From the NCBI GenBank assembly GCA_046563655.1, contig CM102283.1:620001-684000 (forward strand): DNA of 64,000 bases, written 5' to 3'. A program made the position numbers and the translations under genes. Source of the stretch: Yuukianura sp. NJ FZ-2021. Lineage: Eukaryota. The notes beneath the pieces were generated by a model that saw only the letters and a list, made by a program, of their open reading frames with translations, was not told where the DNA came from and did no database searches. Shown one piece after another: positions 10,499-22,360 of the stretch. Position 1 is the stretch's first letter. The number at the start of each line of letters is the position of its first letter.

Positions 10499-13400
10499 AT
10501 GCTTTCAAATTTTGTTTTCTTCAGAGTCTTTTTCATTGTAAATTTTTTACTTAAGTTGACTCAAACCGTTGAACAGGCTAAACCAACACTACGATCTGCA
10601 CAACTGGTAATAAGAATAATAATAGTTGTTTATAATGTTAAATTAAATATTTTGTTTTAACATAATAAGGTTTGGCAAAGGTTTAAATTGCTGACTTTTG
10701 AGGCAGGTATTTCGACATGGCGAAAAAAAAGCTGATGGTGCGTATGAGGAAAGAAGTGGACTATTGACTAACGTAAATTTTACTAAAAGCTTAAAGTGAC
10801 CATAAATTATTAGATGAAAAACTAAAGGTTATTAAAATAATAACTGTATAAATAATACAATGTAGACAGGAAAACAAGAGATGTATGACCTTGGGAAGCT
10901 TGCCAGAGAGCGGTACGCGGGCTTTTTACAAGAAGATTATGACCCGGCAGAGCTGAAGATCATTACATCTGGGGCTTACAGATGCATTCAAAGTGGGGCT
11001 CTATTTGCTTACGGCTTGTATGAAGAATACAATTTAAAAGCAAACTGGAGTAGCGCTGTAGCAATTCCGTTCGACCCCATTCCAGTCGAACCAATTCCGC
11101 CTCAAATTGACAAGGTAAAAAGATTGACTCAAGCTTCCTTATTGACAACGAAAAGTTGATTTTCTTTTAACAGGTTGAGTACTACCACGCTTCTTGACAG
11201 AAAAAAAAAGTTAGCATCAATTGGTACCAATCTGAAACAGTGGCACCAATTCGTATGGAAAACTTAAAAGATTCGGCTGTATTTTTATGACTACGTTGCT
11301 CTGAAATGAAAAGACACTTTTTCTTGTAAATTCGGAAAAACATGAGGTATTACCCAACCTGCTAACGAAATCAAATTTGAAAAACCTTGGTTAGGAATTT
11401 GACATTGGCCTTTTGTAACCGATTGTTCTTCTGTTTTCAGTACCTGCAACTAAGTGATGATTGTCCAGCAAGGGATACTCTAAAGAATCAAATCTCAGCA
11501 TCATCCGCAGATTCGCTGTTTGAAGTGGATTCATTTGCAAAAGATTTTCTGGACGCATTCTAATACTCATAACGCTTCCATGCTTCCTGACCAAACCAGC
11601 TTCAGTATATTCTTTGCTTGTTCTCAGTACATTGAAGTGAGGTTTTTTTAAACTGAATATAATGCGTCAAAAATATTTTTGCAGATTATATTTTTTGCAG
11701 CCTTCACAGGACCGTGAAATTGCCTCCTGTGTAACCCTATGTCGATTTGTATAATGTATTTGCCTTTGAAGTAGACCAAAGGTTACGCACTTGCATGGCA
11801 TTACAACAGTTACAAGAAGGACCATTTTTTGAAATGCTTTTTTCAAACATGGAAAACGCGGAGTCAGGCGTGATTGCTTACGCTACACATGACTTTTCAT
11901 TAAATGCTCTACGTGGATTGTTTGAGCAAGAAATGGAACAATTCCCGGGACTTCTACCAACAGCCTCAGCATTCTTTTTTGAAGTTCATCAACTACCGGA
12001 GTACAGCGAACCAGTCTTAGAGGTAAAAAGTTCTAATAAAAACGAAATATTGCCATACTGCCGACGAGAAGCTGGCATAGACTCTTTTTTCAACAATTTT
12101 TTCAACTGAAAGATCCGCTTTTTATTAAGTATCGTCAGATACTTATAGGGATCGTAATGTCCGTCTGTCCGTCTGTCTGTCCGTCTGTCTGTCCGTCCGT
12201 CTGTCCGGCTGTATACTAGCCCCAATATCTCTGGAAACACTGGACCGATTTTCAATCTGTCTTCACAGATGAACTTCACATGGTCCAGGGGTGAACAAGT
12301 TGTTTCCGGTTTGACCGGAAGTGGCCAACTTCCGGGTCAAAGGTCAAGGTCAAGTACATTTTCGTCGGAATGGCCTCTACATTTGTCCAATGGCCTATAC
12401 AAAAGTTGTTCATTTCAATGAGAGGAACAACTTTGCTGTAGGTGACCTTGACCTTTGACCTACGGTTCTGGAGATATAGACGCTAAAAGTTGCAAAATGG
12501 CGTCACTCATACTACGCGCGTCTATAACTCTGGAACCACTGAACCGATTTTCAATCTGTCTTCGCAGATGACCGTCACATGGTACAGGTGTGACTAATCG
12601 GTTTCTGGTTTGACCGGAAGTGGCCAAATTCCGGGTCAAAGGTCAACGTCAAGTACATTTTTAAGTATCGTCAGATACTTATAGGGATCGTATTGTCCGT
12701 CCGTATGTCTGTCTGTCCGTCCGTAATGCTTATAACTCGATAACCACTGCATTGATTTCTAAGCAGTTTTTTTTAATTAGTAACTACTAACCAGGTGACT
12801 AAAAATCAGTTTCTGGATTCATCTCAAGTGACCTCTATCGGTGTCAAAGGTCAATGTTATGCTCCATTTATATTACGGAAACGGACGGACAGACTCGGAA
12901 GGGGTTTGCGGAAATCCAACTTTGATGATCTTGAGTCACCTCTAACATGGTCAAATGTTAAAGTCATTTTTTGTTGTACAAGTAGGGAAACGGATAGACC
13001 GATTTGGAAGCGGTTTACGGGGATCCGATTTTGATCACTTCGAGTGACCTCTAACAGGGTTAAGGTTCAAGGTCCTCCTTTTCTCTATAATTCGGAAAAA
13101 GATGGACCGATTTGGAAGTGGTTTCCAGGCATCGTTGTTTGACGACGCGAGGACTAAGATTCCTATTTGACCTCAACTGACCTCTAACAATACCAGAGAT
13201 CTGATCTAGGTCAACAATATCCCGCGCGCGAACTCTCTATAATTGATCTGACGATACTTATTTACATCGTCTTGCAAGAAGTTTATTTACACTAGGTTTA
13301 CTTCCTTCTTGGTGCATCTTCAGTTTTAACCAAAATTGAAAACATTCCTGGATGCAGCTCAATTTGCTTTGTTTCAAATTTTGGAAGTATTGTGAAGCCC

Positions 13401-13658
13401 TACATTCCTGAGGACTATGACGAATTGTGCAAAAGTAAGTCAGAATAAAACTTTTTTTTAAACTAACTTCACCAAGACAAAGTAAATTTCTCTAACTTTG
13501 ACATTATACTAGATATTAGCTGCACTGAAGGATTTGGCTCCAGAATAGGATCGCTTGCAATTGTGATGCTGGTATCTTTGGCATTAGTTGTGAGCGTGGT
13601 GTGTATCGCTGTGATCGTGTTGTTCAGATCCAAAGGCAATGTGTACCAGAAGTTGTAA
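10499..13658 (+). pseudogene. Histidine acid phosphatase copy 3, probable pseudogene
   Basis: FRHGEK, YATHDFSL, YQKL*. A 5-bp deletion near 11559 gives TAA and there is a further -1 near 11735. An intron carries a 1.1-kb insertion. Confidence 0.7.
12125..13283 (+). mobile_element. Helentron-associated non-autonomous element (HINE/DINE-1-like) with two 5' ends (12125 and 12661)
   Basis: 5' hairpin aagtatc-gtca-gatactt, (GTCC/GTCT)n microsatellite, 3' subterminal inverted repeat tctgacgatactta, then short palindrome tcttgcaaga. Inserted in a T-rich site. Absent from the homologous intron of copies 1 and 2. Confidence 0.75.
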
Positions 13659-14015
13659 CACTATTAAGTAATTGTTTAACTGTAATTCCAAACAAAAAAT
13701 CCGAACTTTCTCCATTCCAGAAATTACAATTTTGTGACATTCATATGACAAAATTGTTAGATACATTTCATGAAATGGATTTAACAAGTTACATAAATAC
13801 AACATTTCAACATTATTTTTCATGCCGCACCACCAACAACCTCACACACCGTTGTTTTGGTTCGAATTTAACAATTCAGACAAATTTTTCGCATATTTTG
13901 GAGTGTTTTGTCACCAAATAAAAAATTGAGGTTTAAAAACCATGTTCGAGTTTCATTTAAATCATGTACTACGGGGTACAGAATGTTGGTAGTAAAGTAA
14001 TGAATCAGTTATACT

Positions 14016-15772
14016 TTATTTGTGTTTCTGACAATAATGCAAATCATGGTCATATTGATTCTTAACACAAGTCAGCCCATCTTCACAGCCGACCAAATAC
14101 ACCATTCCGGTAGAATTTCCAAAAGGATACAACGGATCTTCCTCCAGAGCAGGCAAGCGCTTAAATCTAAATTTCCCGCAAAATTTTCCTTCTTGTGACT
14201 CACAAATTTTAGTTTTTGGATTCCAGTTGAGTTGAGGATCGAAACAGGCACAGGTTGGACCAGTACAAGCAAGTCCTTGGTAGTGATTGCATTTTAACTC
14301 GTCAGGACCAGTTCCCATGTCACACTTTGACCCATGACTGGCTAAGCATCTTCCGTCGCCCGTCTCCGTAAACCCATCTTTACATTCACAGTGACCCTTC
14401 TTACAAACTGCGTTTTCAATACAACCAGCTCCGGATTTTTCGGAACAAGGAAAACCCGCGTGAATTTTACATTTTTCGTCTGCGGTAGAGTATGACGAGC
14501 CCGATGACATTTTGCACTGACATGCGCCGTTGATGCACGTCAAGAACCGATCGCCATTGCAATCAGATGCCTTGGAGCACGGTACTTCATATCCGCCGGC
14601 ACACTCTCCTTCTGCTGTCGGTGCAAAGCCTGGTGCACACATGCATTGTGCTGGATGAAACATAGTATCAAGATCCACGCTAAGCTTCGAAATTATGCGG
14701 TAACTCAGCAGCCTTTCTAAGGTGATTGCAAGAAGCCTGGAACAAACGGCATTTTTCCCACAAAGGTTGTTTTCACCGCTATTTTCACAGTTTGAGCCCA
14801 GGGGTGTTGCGCATCGCCCGATCTCCTTATTGTACGACATGGAATCAGGAGATGTGGGGCAAATACAGGTTTGGTTGGCACCGCATATGAGGTGCGCTGC
14901 AGGGTCACAGCGTAGGTCATCTGGTTTAGCGTTTTTGACACACGTCTCTCCAATACCTTTGACGGCTCGACATTTCTGCTTGCCCTTAACCACAGCATAT
15001 TCAAATCCCTTGGGACATCGACATGAATAAGAAGCTGTTTGACGGAGTGGGTGTGACATCCCGTACTTCGAGTAGATCTTGCTCAATGTCTGTGCTAGTA
15101 TAGACGGAATGCCAGCCTTTTCTCTGTTCGAAGGTTCCGGTTGACACGTAAAATCCTTTGCGCAAGGTGACTTTTCAGAAGCCGTGGATTGTGGAGTACA
15201 AGTAGCGCCATGTCCTCCCAAACAAAAGTCTCGGGTCTAAAAACAGTAGCAATAACGCGGGTCAAAATGTTTTGAAAATATAAAGTCAAAGGTCAAAAGC
15301 TTGAAAGCTTTGGGCCAATGTTGTTAACTGTTAAGATCAAAATTGAAATTGTGGCTTATACCTCTAAGTTTTGACCGCAAAACGCATTTTTGTTTTTTTT
15401 CTCAATTTCGCTTTTGAATTAATGCTAAATCCTAAGTGTACTGAAATTTCAGTAACTCATACTGACTAAGCTGTGTTCCATTAAGAAGCCATGGTGTAAT
15501 AATAGTGTAAAAATGTTTGCAGGATACTAATCGGTCTAATAAATTCAAATTCAAATTCAAATTACCTTGTCATAAACATAGCGCTCTTTACACATGCAGA
15601 CGTTCCCGGAACACCATAGGTTTAGGTTAGGGTCGCAAACTCCGTTACCTCCGGGGTGCTGCTGATGAACATCACAAGTGTCGCCAAAATGCAGAAAATG
15701 TTTTTCAGTTTCTGTCGCGGAAGTCAAAATCGTCGCTAAACCTAGCGCAAAAAAATGAACAACGAATTTCAT
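14016..15772 (-). CDS. Secreted Cys-rich EB/EGF-like repeat protein; exons 15772-15566 and 15236-14016
   Basis: Signal peptide MKFVVHFFALGLATILTSA. Repeated Cys modules (C..L.C...C.C). GT-AG splice is in frame (VYDK|TRDFCLGG). Confidence 0.8.
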
Positions 15773-16520
15773 TTTGAAGCGAAAACAAATTGCCTATTAG
15801 CTCTGCTACACAAGAGTATATGTCTAACATTTTGTAAAAGTAAACCTTTTATATTCTACTAGTATAAAAGCCTAAAAAGCTTAGTATTGAGAAATGGTCA
15901 AATTAAGCGATTTTGCCAATTAACCTTCAACGAAATTTTGGAAAAGAAAAGTTTATCGCAGTAAATCAGCAATGCTGTCATCTTTATTCTAATTGCCCAG
16001 CTTTAGTGAGTTATTAAAACGCCCCCAAAATTTGAAGTAGTCAGAACGCGAAGGTCAAAAGGTCACAGTTCGAGAACAATTAAAATGTGCTGCTGCTGCA
16101 ACAAAACCGTGCATGCCAAGGTCAACAAGAAGTCATTAAATTATTGACAACCGCGTTCACGCAAGGGCAGAGTTCATAATTGAATACAATGTTTTATATG
16201 TTTAGACCGGTATTTAAGACTAACTTTACAATTTAATTAGTTATTAATAGTCATTTTAATTAATTTAAATTTACCTTAACGTAATCAATTACCTTTAATT
16301 AATTAACTTTACTAAATTTACTTCACGTTTTTAAATTTTGAAGTTTTTTTTATTACTACTAGGTATTTGATTGATGTAGATATTACGTTTTACTTGTTCC
16401 TAAATATATGTAATGTGTTCAATTGGTAATCCAAATAAGGTACTCATTGAATAATTTTTAAAAACCCGAGAATCTTAGAAATTTTGAAAACCAAGGTTTT
16501 GAAAGTTTTTATTTAAAAAA

Positions 16521-17990
16521 TCATTTCAGTTTTTGACAATGATGCCACTTGCTATCTACTGCATGTCCAGCACAAGTCAGTCCATCTTCACATCCTACGA
16601 AATAGGGAATTGGAATTGGCGTTGCTGTGGGGTATAAGATGTCTTTATCCACGGCAGGATTCACAGTACTAGTACCGGTTTTACCACAAGGTCTTCCGGG
16701 TTTTGCCGCACACATTTCAATTTTTGGATTCCATTTCAGCACGGTATCAAAACAATCGCATTTTGATTCTATGCAAGCAAGTCCCTGAAAATTATTACAT
16801 GCTAAATCATTAGGTTTGGAATCGTAAGAAACGCTACAGTTTGACCCATGAGCCAGCAAGCATCTTCCATCTGCAGTCTTCGAAAACCCATCTTGACATG
16901 CGCAGTGATCCTTCTTACAAATAGAATTTTCAACGCAACTGGCTCCAGACTTTTCCGAACAAGGGAATCCTACATTGATTTTACATTTTGCATCGGTGAC
17001 AGAGAAGGTCATACTCAACGGTTTTTCACACTGACAACGTCTAGCTACGCAGGTCAAGTGTCGTTCAGTGTTACAGTCTGCAGCTATGGAGCATTCAACT
17101 CCAGCATTTCCTAGACATACTCCGGCATTGGTTGAAGTAAAGCCTGGTACGCAAACACATGATCCTTGATATCCGGTTTGAGGTGATACGTAAGAATACG
17201 CTGAATGTCTCTTGCTCCTGTCCATCTTTCTACTTCTTTCCACTCTCAGTTGGTGTTTTATGAGTGTAATTGTAGTGGAACAAGCTGCGTTTTTACCGCA
17301 GTGACTAGGCCTCTCATTTCTGGTGCAGATAGTTCCAACCGGAGTAACGCAGCGTTTCAATTCTTTGTTAAAAGTAGACCCATTTCTACACTCGCATGTT
17401 GAGGAAGGGCCGCAAAATAGTCCTCCATAAACGACGTCGCATTTTGGAGTCGTTGGCGACTTTTCTACGTCACTAGAGCATGTGTCCCCAAACGTTAACG
17501 GCTCAGTACATTCCTTTGAAAAACGCCTCATATGAACATAATCTCCTGCACAAGTGCAAACAAATAGGTTATTGACGAATGCTGGATATCGGTGTTGTAC
17601 TTTGTCCAAATTCGCGAGTAATTCGGCTAAAAATCGCGGAGCGTCAAAATACCGATTTGCATTCACGGATTCGCAAGTTGCGTTTGTAATACACTGCGTT
17701 CCTACCCTGCGAGGAACACAGCGAGTACCAGGTTTTCCGACACACGTTTTCAAGTATTTGTCGTAAAATTGTTCATGTGAACTACAAACGCAAGTTTTTC
17801 CGTCACATACCAAATTGAGCTGGATGTTACAACTGGTCGATGAGCTGACGCTGTTCATTACACAAGCCTCGCCGAATTTCCGAAATTCGGGGGAGGTTAC
17901 CGTCGAAACGCTGGTTGTAGTAGCATAACTGGGGAGAATGAAGCACGGGGTCACTACGACCAAAACTTTCCAAAAATTGTGCCGAAACAT
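16521..17990 (-). CDS. Secreted Cys-rich EB/EGF-like repeat protein, intronless paralog of the previous gene (489 aa)
   Basis: Signal peptide. Shares GFPCSEKSGA.C.EN..CKK.HC.C.DGF and VGCEDGLTC blocks with its neighbour. Confidence 0.85.
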   Translation of the reverse strand: MFRHNFWKVLVVVTPCFILPSYATTTSVSTVTSPEFRKFGEACVMNSVSSSTSCNIQLNLVCDGKTCVCSSHEQFYDKYLKTCVGKPGTRCVPRRVGTQCITNATCESVNANRYFDAPRFLAELLANLDKVQHRYPAFVNNLFVCTCAGDYVHMRRFSKECTEPLTFGDTCSSDVEKSPTTPKCDVVYGGLFCGPSSTCECRNGSTFNKELKRCVTPVGTICTRNERPSHCGKNAACSTTITLIKHQLRVERSRKMDRSKRHSAYSYVSPQTGYQGSCVCVPGFTSTNAGVCLGNAGVECSIAADCNTERHLTCVARRCQCEKPLSMTFSVTDAKCKINVGFPCSEKSGASCVENSICKKDHCACQDGFSKTADGRCLLAHGSNCSVSYDSKPNDLACNNFQGLACIESKCDCFDTVLKWNPKIEMCAAKPGRPCGKTGTSTVNPAVDKDILYPTATPIPIPYFVGCEDGLTCAGHAVDSKWHHCQKLK

Positions 17991-18798
17991 TTTGGATAAT
18001 GAAAATTTGGAAACGAGAGTTTTTTTTTTATGTGGACGACGACGGTGGTGTGCTTATAAAGCTAACCTTTGGCAAAACTTTTGGAAATACATAATAAGTA
18101 AATCTAATTTGATATGACTACACAACAATCACCTTTTCAATTTTTAATTGGAGAGATCGTCACGAAAGTTTAAAAGGTTAGGTCACAATTTGCTACTCAG
18201 AGCGTCAAGTACAAACAGTCCCTGTTTGCCTTCATTTTGAAAAAGTTAAATAAAATCAATGTCATTCATGGAAAAGGGGGACCATTCCTACCACTTTTGT
18301 TAGGAAACAATTAGAAATAGTTTAAAATAGTCGTCAAAAGTGAAACAGAACAAAAAACAAGTTCGAAAAAATTCACCCGAAAAAGTTTTTTTGTTGGACC
18401 AAAAAAATTGGGGGCAGAGTTTCAATTTAAAGTTAAACTTCAAAAAAGTTGCTTTTTGACCCATTCCTTGTTTCTAGCATGAAAATGTGCCATCCAATGA
18501 ACTCCACATTCTGCTTCCAGGGCAAAAGGTGTGACGGAATTCTGCCAAACGTTATCTGAACTTTGCTACCAATAATTCTTCCGTAGTTTCACATGATGAT
18601 CTTCTACGTTCTTTGGAGTATTATCCCTTATTATGGGGGTTGATCTAAAAGCTGGAGAGCACTTTCGAGTTTTCACCAAAATGGCATGTACGGGCAAATA
18701 CATAGTTTACAAATAAATGGGATTTACGCATTTTACTTAAAAACTTGTGATTAGATTTGTAATTAAATCAATGAGGATTTTTCAATTATCATTTTACA

Positions 18799-19170
18799 TT
18801 TTTCAGTGAGCACCAAAATGTTTTCAGTGACCACCAAAATGTTTTCAGTGATCACTGATGATTTTTCAGTGAGCAACTAGCAAATTTTAGTGATCACTGA
18901 TGATTTTTCAGTGACCACCAAAATGTTTTCAGTGATCACTGATGATTTTTCAGTGACCAACTAAGCAAATTTTTAGTGATCACCCATGATTTTTCAGTGA
19001 CCACCGATGGTTTTTCAGTGATCAGTGATGATTTTTCAGTGATTATTAAAAAATTCTCAGGAATCACTGCCGATTTTTCAGTGATCACTGCTAAATCATC
19101 AATTTAGAATTTTTCAACAATCACTGAAAAATCATCACTGATCACTGAAAATTTTTTGGAGATCACTGAA
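18799..19170. repeat. 21-22 bp minisatellite (ttttcagtgatcactgatga-like) with inverted copies at the right end
   Basis: About 14 degenerate units with palindromic core CAGTGATCACTG. Reverse-orientation units at about 19119-19170. Confidence 0.85.
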
Positions 19171-20004
19171 ATATGCTATGCAATGGCATAATTTTCAACA
19201 GAAATAGCAACATTTGTAATATTAATGTCGCCTACGTTCAGTGAGCAAGAAATGCCGATGAGCGGCGGTTGAGCTGCCGACGACTAGTGCCAAATCACTC
19301 TAACTTTATTCCATGGACCACCATATGTGATAATAGTTCCAATTATAAGTTTCCTACCATTAACATAACTTGACACATAGCGTGATCGTAATGGAACTCT
19401 GTCACAATACGAAAGCCTTTTGGCTTTCGTTCGAGGACTTCATTCCCAGACAATGTGAAGATGTTCGTATGCTTGAACGACATGCTGACATTTTCTACCA
19501 TCATACACTCCTCGGTTAAGGTTAAATACATTCCAATAAAATTCTATTCCAGTTTCACACTGAGTTTCTAGTAACTCAAAAGTAATTCTAAAAAGTTTAG
19601 GTAAATCGCAACCTCGGACTTTACTCGCACTGTTTAATTCATGCTCATACAGTGTATTGAGCGTTAATTTAAATGTAGGGAACATAAACGACAATAAATA
19701 TATGCTTGCTTGTTTGTAATGTGAATGCGGGTTCAAACGTTCTGGACGCAACGCATAAAAAAGACTGGTTAACTACCGGCGTACTTTTGTAAACTAAATC
19801 AATTATTTGATTCGCAAAAATACTTTGAAAATCGTACTTATTTTTAAAATAAATTACTTATCTTACCAAAAAAAAATTATAAAAAAAATTACGCGAATTT
19901 ACACAGGATTCTGAAAATATTGATTCATTTCGTTCGAGGTTTGATCACTGGAGAAAGTACGAGAAATGTACAGAATGATGGAAAAAGTGAAAGAAATGTA
20001 CAGA

Positions 20005-20117
20005 CTGCTCTGGAATGAACGCGTAGCTTCGCGAATGTTTAGTACAATAGACAAATGCCAGAATGCATTGGAACCTTCACGAAACATCCTGAACTTTCAA
20101 TGGATTTTGGTATAAAA
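20005..20117 (+). promoter_or_regulatory. Heat-shock element array and TATA box of Hsp70 copy 1
   Basis: Alternating nGAAn/nTTCn (cttcgcgaatgttt; ggaaccttcacgaaacatcctgaactttc). TATAAAA at 20111. Confidence 0.75.
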
Positions 20118-20332
20118 ACCCATCCCACTTTCCTTCACCCAACTCACTTTAACACAAGCAAATCTAAAACAAGCAAAGCAAAACCAACGTTTTCAAATCC
20201 CAAACTGACAAATTTTCTGAAAAAGAAAGTTTTCAAATTCAAGTGAACTTATCAACCTTACAGTTGTGAAATTTCCAGCAAATTATTATTGTTCATCGTT
20301 TCTACTCAAGTTAAATTTTGACAAAAAGCAAA

Positions 20333-22360
20333 ATGGTAGCCATTCCGAAAGCTCCTGCTATTGGAATTGACTTGGGCACGACATACTCTTGTGTTGGTGT
20401 CTGGCAACACGGAAAAGTGGAGATCATCGCCAACGACCAAGGCAACAGAACCACACCCAGCTATGTCGCTTTCACGGACACTGAAAGACTCATCGGTGAC
20501 GCCGCCAAGAACCAAGTCGCAATGAATCCAAAAAACACAATCTTCGATGCCAAAAGGTAAGTCTTTTTTAAAACAAAAAAAAAATCAAAAATTACGTTTT
20601 CAGGAAAACAAAAATCAGATTCCTTAATAATTTTTTTCAATTGCAGATTGATTGGACGAAAATATGACGATCCAAAGATTAAAGGCGACATGAAGCACTG
20701 GCCATTCAAAGTGCGAAACGAATCATCCAAACCAATTTTTGAAGTAGAATTTAAAGGAGAAACGAAGACGTTTTCTCCAGAAGAGATCAGTTCCATGGTC
20801 CTCTTGAAAATGAAGGAAACTGCCGAGGCTTTCTTGGGTCAACAGGTCAAGGACGCTGTCATCACAGTTCCAGCATACTTCAATGACTCACAGCGTCAAG
20901 CCACAAAAGACGCTGGAGCCATCGCTGGACTCAATGTCCTCAGAATCATCAACGAGCCAACTGCTGCTGCCCTTGCTTATGGACTGGACAAGAATCTCCA
21001 AGGGGAACGAAATGTTCTGATCTTTGACCTCGGCGGAGGAACTTTTGACGTTTCCATTCTGACTATTGACGACGGATCCCTCTTTTCTGTTCGCGCAACT
21101 GCAGGAAACACGCATCTCGGTGGAGAGGACTTTGACAACCGATTGGTCAACCACTTTATGGAAGAATTCAAACGGAAATACAAAAAAGACATCAGCTCAA
21201 ACGTCCGCGCTATTCGACGTCTGCGCACTGCCTGCGAACGGGCCAAAAGAACTCTGTCATCTAACGCAGAAGCAAGCATTGAAATAGACGCCCTTCACGA
21301 AGGAGTTGACTTTTACTCCAAAATTTCCCGCGCCAGATTTGAAGAACTTTGCTTGGACTTGTTTCGGTCCACGATGGAACCAGTAGAGAAAGCTCTGAAG
21401 GATGCCAAAATGGACAAAAGTCAAATTCATGACGTTGTGCTTGTTGGCGGGTCAACTCGAATTCCCAAAGTTCAAAAACTGCTTCAAGACTTTTTCAATG
21501 GGAAAGAACTGAACAAGTCCATCAATCCTGATGAAGCCGTTGCTTACGGTGCAGCAGTGCAAGGAGCCATTTTGAGCGGTGACAACTCTGCTTCACTTCA
21601 ACAGGTTCTGCTCGTCGATGTCGCTCCGTTGTCGCTTGGGATTGAAACTGCCGGAGGCGTCATGACAAAGATTATTGAGCGCAACTGCAAGATTCCCGCG
21701 AAACAGTCCAAGACCTTCACAACTTACTCTGACAACCAACCGGCAGTGACCATTCAAGTTTTTGAGGGTGAACGAGCGATGACCAAAGACAACAATTTGC
21801 TTGGCACTTTCAACCTAACCGGAATTCCACCCGCTCCACGCGGAGTTCCACAAATTGAAGTTTCCTTTGACATTGATGCCAATGGAATTTTGAATGTCTC
21901 CGCCAAGGATTCGAGTACTGGCAAATCAGAAAAGATTACAATTCGGAACGACAAGGGAAGACTCAGCAAGGAGCAAATTGAGAAGATGGTTGCGGATGCT
22001 GAGAAGTATCAAGCGGAAGACGAGAAGCAACAGGAGAAAGTCGCTGCTCGGAACAAACTGGAGTCGTATTTGTTCGGAGTCAAACAAGCGGCGGAAGAAG
22101 CTTCGGCGGACAAATTGACTGAATCGGAGAAGAAGGAAGTTGTGTCGAAATGCTCCGAAGTTCTCAAATGGCTGGACAACAACCTGTTAGCTGACAAAGA
22201 AGAGTACGATGACAAATTGAGTGAAATTCAGAAATATTGCGCTCCATTCATGACGAAGTTGCACGGAGGTCAGCGTACCGGAAGTCAGCAGCATGGTGGT
22301 GGGCGACCTAAAGCTAATGGACATTCTGGATCTGGCCCCACCATAGAAGAAGTGGACTAA
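20333..22360 (+). CDS. Hsp70: Cytosolic Hsp70, copy 1; intron 20557-20646
   Basis: [22 protein letters not shown] and [15 protein letters not shown] signatures. C-terminal GPTIEEVD. Confidence 0.97.

Larger units (their letters stand above)
4700..11030 (+). repeat. Tandem segmental duplication, unit about 3.17 kb
   Basis: About 4700-7880 is nearly identical to about 7860-11050. Identical ORF-track translations at 6628/9796 and 7260/10427. Confidence 0.9.
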
